DNA of 21,226 nt from the NCBI GenBank assembly GCA_038257035.1, contig JBBSJT010000029.1:1-21226 (forward strand), read 5' to 3'. This DNA comes from Chlamydiia bacterium (lineage in GTDB: Bacteria; Chlamydiota; Chlamydiia; Chlamydiales; Parachlamydiaceae). The notes beneath the pieces are model-generated. The model was not told the origin of the DNA. It did no database searches and saw only the letters and a list, made by a program, of their open reading frames with translations. Positions 16,829-21,226 of this stretch are shown here, piece after piece. Position 1 is the first letter of the stretch, and every line of letters begins with the position of its first letter. Made by a program: the position numbers and the translations under genes.

Positions 16829-18289
16829 ATGCATTCACAAGTTTTAATCTCATTTTTCGCCTACTTTTGCATCCTGCTTGCCATCGGGATTTTCTCCCAT
16901 AAAAAGCAAACATCATCCGCTGATTTTATTATGGGAAACCGCTCGCTCAATTTTTGGCTGACGGCATTATCGGCACACGCAAGCGACATGAGTGCTTGGC
17001 TTTTCATGGCTTTTCCTGCGGCGATCTTTATTGGCGGTCTATCAAAAGCCTGGATTGCATTTGGATTGTTAGGCGGAATGTTTTTTAATTGGCAATTTGT
17101 TGCTAAGAAACTTCGCTTGGCAACAGAAAAGTATGACAGTTACACACTGCCAAGCTTTTTTGAAAAAAGATTCGGAGACAATACGGGAACTCTTAGACTT
17201 TTAACAGCTATTACCTCCGTTTTCTTTTTAACCTGTTATCTTTCTGCAGGTTTAATCGCCATGGGCTTTCTTTTTGAGGCCCTTTTTAAAATCGACTATT
17301 TTGTGGGCTTATCGCTTGCAAGCTTTGTCGTTGTTGCCTACACATTTTTTGGTGGATTTGTAACGGTTGCCTGGACAGATCTTTTCCAAGCGCTCTTTTT
17401 ACTTTTGGTGATAATTTTTGTTCCGGTTATGGCCTTTACGCATCTACCGAACGGTATTTCAGACATTTTCGAACTGGCGGCTGCAAAAAATATTAGCTTG
17501 AATTTACTTCAAAATAGCTCAAGTGAATCGATGCTTACTAATGTGTTTCTTGTTTGTTGGGGTCTTGGTTATTTTGGACAACCTCATATTGTTACAAAAT
17601 TCATGGGAATCAATAATCCAAATGATGTTTACAAGGCAAAATATGTGGGAATGGCTTGGCAGCTAATGACACTTATTGCTGCTTGCTGCATAGGCTTGAT
17701 CGGAATTGCCTTTTTCCCTGTAGGCATTATGAATTCTGAACTTGTTTTCGTTGACATGGTTAAAATATTATTCAATCCCCTAGTTGCAGGATTTATCCTT
17801 TGTGCGGTTTTAGCAGCTAACATGTCTACAATGGATTCACAAATTTTAGTTTGCGCCTCAATTATAAGTGAAGATTTTTACAAGGCCTTCTTTGGGAAAA
17901 ATGCCTCACAGAAAAAACTTTTGCTGATTTCACGCATGAGTGTGATTCTTGTTTCCTTAGTTGCCCTTGGCATATCCTTTAGCAAAAACCCATCTGTTGC
18001 AGATGCTGTAGCTTACGCTTGGTATGGTCTTGGATCTTCTTTTGGACCTTTGGTTCTCATGTCACTTTACTCTAAGAGAACTAACAAATATGGTGCCATA
18101 GCAGGTATTGTTGTTGGCGGTGTTGTTTCGTCCTCATGGCACCTTGTCAATGATTACATCACAGTTTACACATTCCCAGCCATGATACCAGGTTTTTTCT
18201 TGAGCTTGCTGTCTATTTACGTGGTCTCTATGGCTACTCGAAAGGAAACAGTCAGCCTTAATCCAAGCACAAGAGCTGACGTTAATTAA
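16829..18289 (+). CDS. putP: Sodium/proline symporter (SSS family)
   Basis: ALSAHASDMSAWLFM, YTFFGGFVTVAWTDLFQ, WGLGYFGQPHI, LAANMSTMDSQ, YAWYGLGSSFGP; multiple TM helices. Confidence 0.9.
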   Translation: MHSQVLISFFAYFCILLAIGIFSHKKQTSSADFIMGNRSLNFWLTALSAHASDMSAWLFMAFPAAIFIGGLSKAWIAFGLLGGMFFNWQFVAKKLRLATEKYDSYTLPSFFEKRFGDNTGTLRLLTAITSVFFLTCYLSAGLIAMGFLFEALFKIDYFVGLSLASFVVVAYTFFGGFVTVAWTDLFQALFLLLVIIFVPVMAFTHLPNGISDIFELAAAKNISLNLLQNSSSESMLTNVFLVCWGLGYFGQPHIVTKFMGINNPNDVYKAKYVGMAWQLMTLIAACCIGLIGIAFFPVGIMNSELVFVDMVKILFNPLVAGFILCAVLAANMSTMDSQILVCASIISEDFYKAFFGKNASQKKLLLISRMSVILVSLVALGISFSKNPSVADAVAYAWYGLGSSFGPLVLMSLYSKRTNKYGAIAGIVVGGVVSSSWHLVNDYITVYTFPAMIPGFFLSLLSIYVVSMATRKETVSLNPSTRADVN

Positions 18290-18313
18290 ATCACTTCAGC
18301 TTGGATCAATAAC

Positions 18314-18343
18314 AGGCTCGTATGTATACATACGGGCCTTTTT
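18314..18343 (+). terminator. Rho-independent terminator of putP
   Basis: AGGCTCGTATG-TATA-CATACGGGCCT stem followed by a T run, about 25 nt after the stop. Confidence 0.75.
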
Positions 18344-18415
18344 CATTTCACACCACAGATTTTCCACCACAAAGAACATGAGACTTCAAAGAGATAGCTC
18401 ACACGTTATGAGGGA

Positions 18416-18718
18416 CTTTTTTACCGCGAAGACCGCGAAGAAGCGCAAGCATAGCTTGCGGGAAGATACGCGAAAAAGCGCGAAGAAGAACAGCAAGAAG
18501 AAAGTGGAGTTATTCATCTTTGCAATCTGCAAAGATGATGATTTATAAAATTGGTTTGCCGAAAACAATTTCTAGGAACAGAGTTTTTATAAGTAGCTAT
18601 CGCACACTTTCTTCATCGCGCTTAGCGCGCTTCTTCGCGTTTCTTCCCGCAAGCTATGCTTGCGTTTCTTCCCGCAAGCTATGCTTGCGCTTCTTCGCGG
18701 TCTTCGCGGTAAAAAAAA
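18416..18718. repeat. Large inverted-repeat element with CGCGAAG heptamer arms and nested hairpins
   Basis: Left arm TTTTTTACCGCGAAGACCGCGAAGAAGCGCAAGCATAGCTTGCGGGAAGA... pairs with the right arm ending at 18718. The right arm carries a 25-bp tandem duplication (18640-18664, 18665-18689). Confidence 0.9.
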
Positions 18719-18745
18719 GCATCAAAAAGGGTGGAAAAAGGGCAG

Positions 18746-18786
18746 AAAAAAGCCGCGCTTTTTAAGGTTTAAAAAGTACGGCTTTT
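18746..18786 (-). terminator. Rho-independent terminator of the fab/acpP operon
   Basis: Imperfect stem GCCGTACTTTTTAA...TTAAAAAGCGCGGC followed by T6 on the minus strand, just after the acpP stop. Confidence 0.65.
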
Positions 18787-18795
18787 AAGAGAAAA

Positions 18796-19032
18796 TTATT
18801 CAGCTTTTGTCTTTTCAATGTACGTAACAACATCTTGAACCGTTTTTAGCTTTTCAGCTTCTGATTCACTGATTTCACATCCAAAACGCTCTTCGAATGT
18901 CATGATTAATTCTGTAAGATCCAAAGAATCTGCGTTGAGATCTTCAACGAAAGATTTCGTCAATGTCACATCTTCTTTATCTACACCTAATTGCTCGACC
19001 ACTATGTCGATAACTTCTTGTTCAACTGTCAT
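18796..19032 (-). CDS. acpP: Acyl carrier protein
   Basis: 78 aa, acidic, with the phosphopantetheine motif [15 protein letters not shown]. Confidence 0.97.
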   Translation of the reverse strand: MTVEQEVIDIVVEQLGVDKEDVTLTKSFVEDLNADSLDLTELIMTFEERFGCEISESEAEKLKTVQDVVTYIEKTKAE

Positions 19033-19064
19033 GTTATTTCCTTTTTTGTCAGGTTTAAAAATTT

Positions 19065-19817
19065 TTACATTACCATTCCACCGTCAACGACGATGACTTG
19101 CCCTGTGATATAATCGCCATACTGGCTTGCAATAAAGGCTACTACGTTTGCAATATCATCAGGTTTGCCCATCTTGCCAAGTGGAATTGCGGCAAGGGTT
19201 GCTTTTTTTTGTTCTTCGGTCATTGCATCGGTCATTGGTGTTTCAATAAAACCGGGAGCTATTGCGTTTACGCAAATATTTCTAGGCCCAAGCTCTTTTG
19301 CAAGAGCTTTAGTAAATCCAATCATCCCGGCCTTCGATGCTGCATAATTTGCTTGACCGGCGTTTCCTGTTAGACCGATAACCGAACTAATATTGATAAT
19401 TTTGCCATGACGCGCCTTCATCATCGGACGAACGAGCGCATGACAAAAATTATAACAGGATTTTAAATTTACTTCTAGTACCTTATCAAAGTCCTCTTCA
19501 GACATCTTCATTAAAAGTTGATCGCGCGTAATTCCTGCGTTGTTAACAAGGATATCTACTTTTCCAAAAGACTCTAAAATCTTCTTTACAACAGCTGTTG
19601 AAGCTTCATGATTTGCGACGTCGACTTTAAAAAAACAAGCTCTATCTGCCCCATACTTTTCATTAATTTCCAAAGCAACACTTAATCCCCTTTCTTCATT
19701 GGTACCAATGAGGGCAATCTTAGCGCCATGCGAGCCAAGTTTTAGAGCAATCGCTTTACCAATGCCGGCTGTGGCTCCTGTTACAATGGCTGTCTGTCCT
19801 TTTAATAAATCCTGCAT
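19065..19817 (-). CDS. fabG: 3-oxoacyl-ACP reductase
   Basis: SDR motifs [28 protein letters not shown]; fab operon context. Confidence 0.96.
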   Translation of the reverse strand: MQDLLKGQTAIVTGATAGIGKAIALKLGSHGAKIALIGTNEERGLSVALEINEKYGADRACFFKVDVANHEASTAVVKKILESFGKVDILVNNAGITRDQLLMKMSEEDFDKVLEVNLKSCYNFCHALVRPMMKARHGKIINISSVIGLTGNAGQANYAASKAGMIGFTKALAKELGPRNICVNAIAPGFIETPMTDAMTEEQKKATLAAIPLGKMGKPDDIANVVAFIASQYGDYITGQVIVVDGGMVM

Positions 19818-19825
19818 TTTTATCC

Positions 19826-20767
19826 TTAAATTTGAGCTAATTGTTCAAGGTCTGATAATTTTTCAATACTGATTACAGGCACCGTTGGCGTTGTCCTTTT
19901 AACTAAGGTGGACAGTGTTTTACCGCAACCGATTTCCACAAAAAGATCGACCGATGATTCAGCCATTTTTCTTAAGATTGACTCAAAAAGAACGGGTTGT
20001 GTGACTTGGGCTATTAAAAACTTTTTGATTTGGCTTAAATCTTTTACAAAATCACCGGGTACATTCATTGCAAAATCTATGCTGGAATCTTGTATTGGGG
20101 CATTATGAATATGCTCGCTTAAACGCTCTTCGGCATGCCTCATAAGCCCGCTATGAAAAGCTCCATGAACAGTTAGAGGAAGGACTCTTTTTGCGCCCAA
20201 AGCTTTTGCAGCCAAAGCCCCTTCTTCAATCCCTTTTATCGATCCTGAGATGACAACTTGTCCAGGACAGTTTATATTCGCAACAAAAAGATCGTTTGGT
20301 AATTGCAAATCCTTAACAAGCTTGAATACAACTTCTGCGTCCAGACCTAGTATAACAGCCATTGTTCCTGTCGTTTCCTCGCAGGCATCATTCATAAATT
20401 GCCCACGATACTGGACAATCGGCAGGCAGGTGGCAAAATCAAGACGGTTAGAGGCTGTTAGCGCAGTGTATTCACCTAAACTTAAGCCCGCAGTAGCGCT
20501 TGGTGCCAAATTTGGAAATTGCGATTGAATAGCCCTTAATAAAGCTATCGAAGTGATAAAAATTCCCGTTTGACTGTTTTTAGTCTCGGTAAGAACATTT
20601 TCCGGTCCCTGCAAAATAATGGATGAGATTTTTCTTGAAAGAATATCGTCGGCTTCTTGAAAAGTCTCTTTTACAACAGCAAAATGATCGTGAAAATCTT
20701 GACCCATCCCTCCATACTGAGAACCTTGACCCGGGAAAATAAAAGCTATTTTTTTAAACTTTGACAT
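19826..20767 (-). CDS. fabD: Malonyl-CoA:ACP transacylase
   Basis: FPGQGSQ, GLSLGEY nucleophile, NINCPGQVVISG, GAFHS. Confidence 0.96.
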   Translation of the reverse strand: MSKFKKIAFIFPGQGSQYGGMGQDFHDHFAVVKETFQEADDILSRKISSIILQGPENVLTETKNSQTGIFITSIALLRAIQSQFPNLAPSATAGLSLGEYTALTASNRLDFATCLPIVQYRGQFMNDACEETTGTMAVILGLDAEVVFKLVKDLQLPNDLFVANINCPGQVVISGSIKGIEEGALAAKALGAKRVLPLTVHGAFHSGLMRHAEERLSEHIHNAPIQDSSIDFAMNVPGDFVKDLSQIKKFLIAQVTQPVLFESILRKMAESSVDLFVEIGCGKTLSTLVKRTTPTVPVISIEKLSDLEQLAQI

Positions 20768-20790
20768 TAACCAACTTGTCCTTTTTTTAG

Positions 20791-21226
20791 TTAAACTTTT
20801 TTAGTTAGAATTAAAGCACCCCATGTAAGACCTGCGCCAAATGCTACGAGTAAAACTCGCTGAGTATCTGTTAAACCCTTATCTTCGATTAAGCAATCGA
20901 GTGCAATACCAACGCTTGAGCCTGAAGTATTACCAAATTTGTGAAGTGTTTTGTAAATTTTTTCGACAGGAAATCCAAGTTGTGACCGGATAGCATCAAT
21001 AATACGAAGATTGGCTTGATGAGGAACTAGCCAATCGATTTCATCCTTTGAAATGTTTGACTTATCCAACGCTTCAATGGAAGCTGCAGCCATTCTTCTA
21101 ACGGCATGTTTAAATAATTCCTTGCCATTCATTTTCAAATAATGAAGCCCTTTAGAAAGAGTCTCTTCACTTGCAGGAGTTTTGGCACCACCGGCAGGCA
21201 CAATCAATAATTCTGCAAGGTTGCCA
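20791..21226 (-). CDS. fabH: 3-oxoacyl-ACP synthase III, 3' part (5' end outside the window)
   Basis: MNGKELFK, VPHQANLRII, GNTS, AFGAGLTWG; the frame is open to the window edge. Confidence 0.95.
   Translation of the reverse strand, partial: GNLAELLIVPAGGAKTPASEETLSKGLHYLKMNGKELFKHAVRRMAAASIEALDKSNISKDEIDWLVPHQANLRIIDAIRSQLGFPVEKIYKTLHKFGNTSGSSVGIALDCLIEDKGLTDTQRVLLVAFGAGLTWGALILTKKV

Noticed and set aside
16637..16834. 65-aa minus-strand ORF upstream of putP
   Set aside because: Overlaps the putP start and promoter region, with no RBS or recognisable motif.
18386..18765. Two small ORFs sharing the peptide VSSRKLCLRFFAVFAVKKS
   Set aside because: Artefact of reading the two arms of the inverted repeat; TTG starts and no convincing RBS.
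20470..20490. FabD GLSLG instead of GHSLG
   Set aside because: A common natural variant; the catalytic Ser is retained.

Overview
AT-rich bacterial chromosomal segment, most likely from an environmental chlamydia (Parachlamydiales-like). This is inferred from the chlamydial-type ABC-F/SpoU pair and fab genes, the classical men genes and a large F-box family. Housekeeping content: YbiT-like ABC-F ATPase, TrmH/SpoU methyltransferase, a partial menaquinone operon (menH-menB-menA-menE), putP, and fabH(partial)-fabD-fabG-acpP. Accessory content: (1) a stand-alone Y1 HUH transposase (IS200/TnpA-REP, RAYT-like, no tnpB) flanked by two REPIN-like clusters built from an unusual three-hairpin REP unit with compensatory stem changes and GNA triloops; (2) six tandem paralogous F-box/helical-repeat genes (candidate type III effectors) behind a near-consensus sigma-54 promoter and an IHF-like site; (3) a large helical-repeat protein with a possible degenerate F-box; (4) two more families of non-coding palindromic elements (a GGAG-type REPIN inside the men operon, and three inverted-repeat elements built from CRCNRAG heptamers). 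No rRNA, tRNA or CRISPR array was seen.
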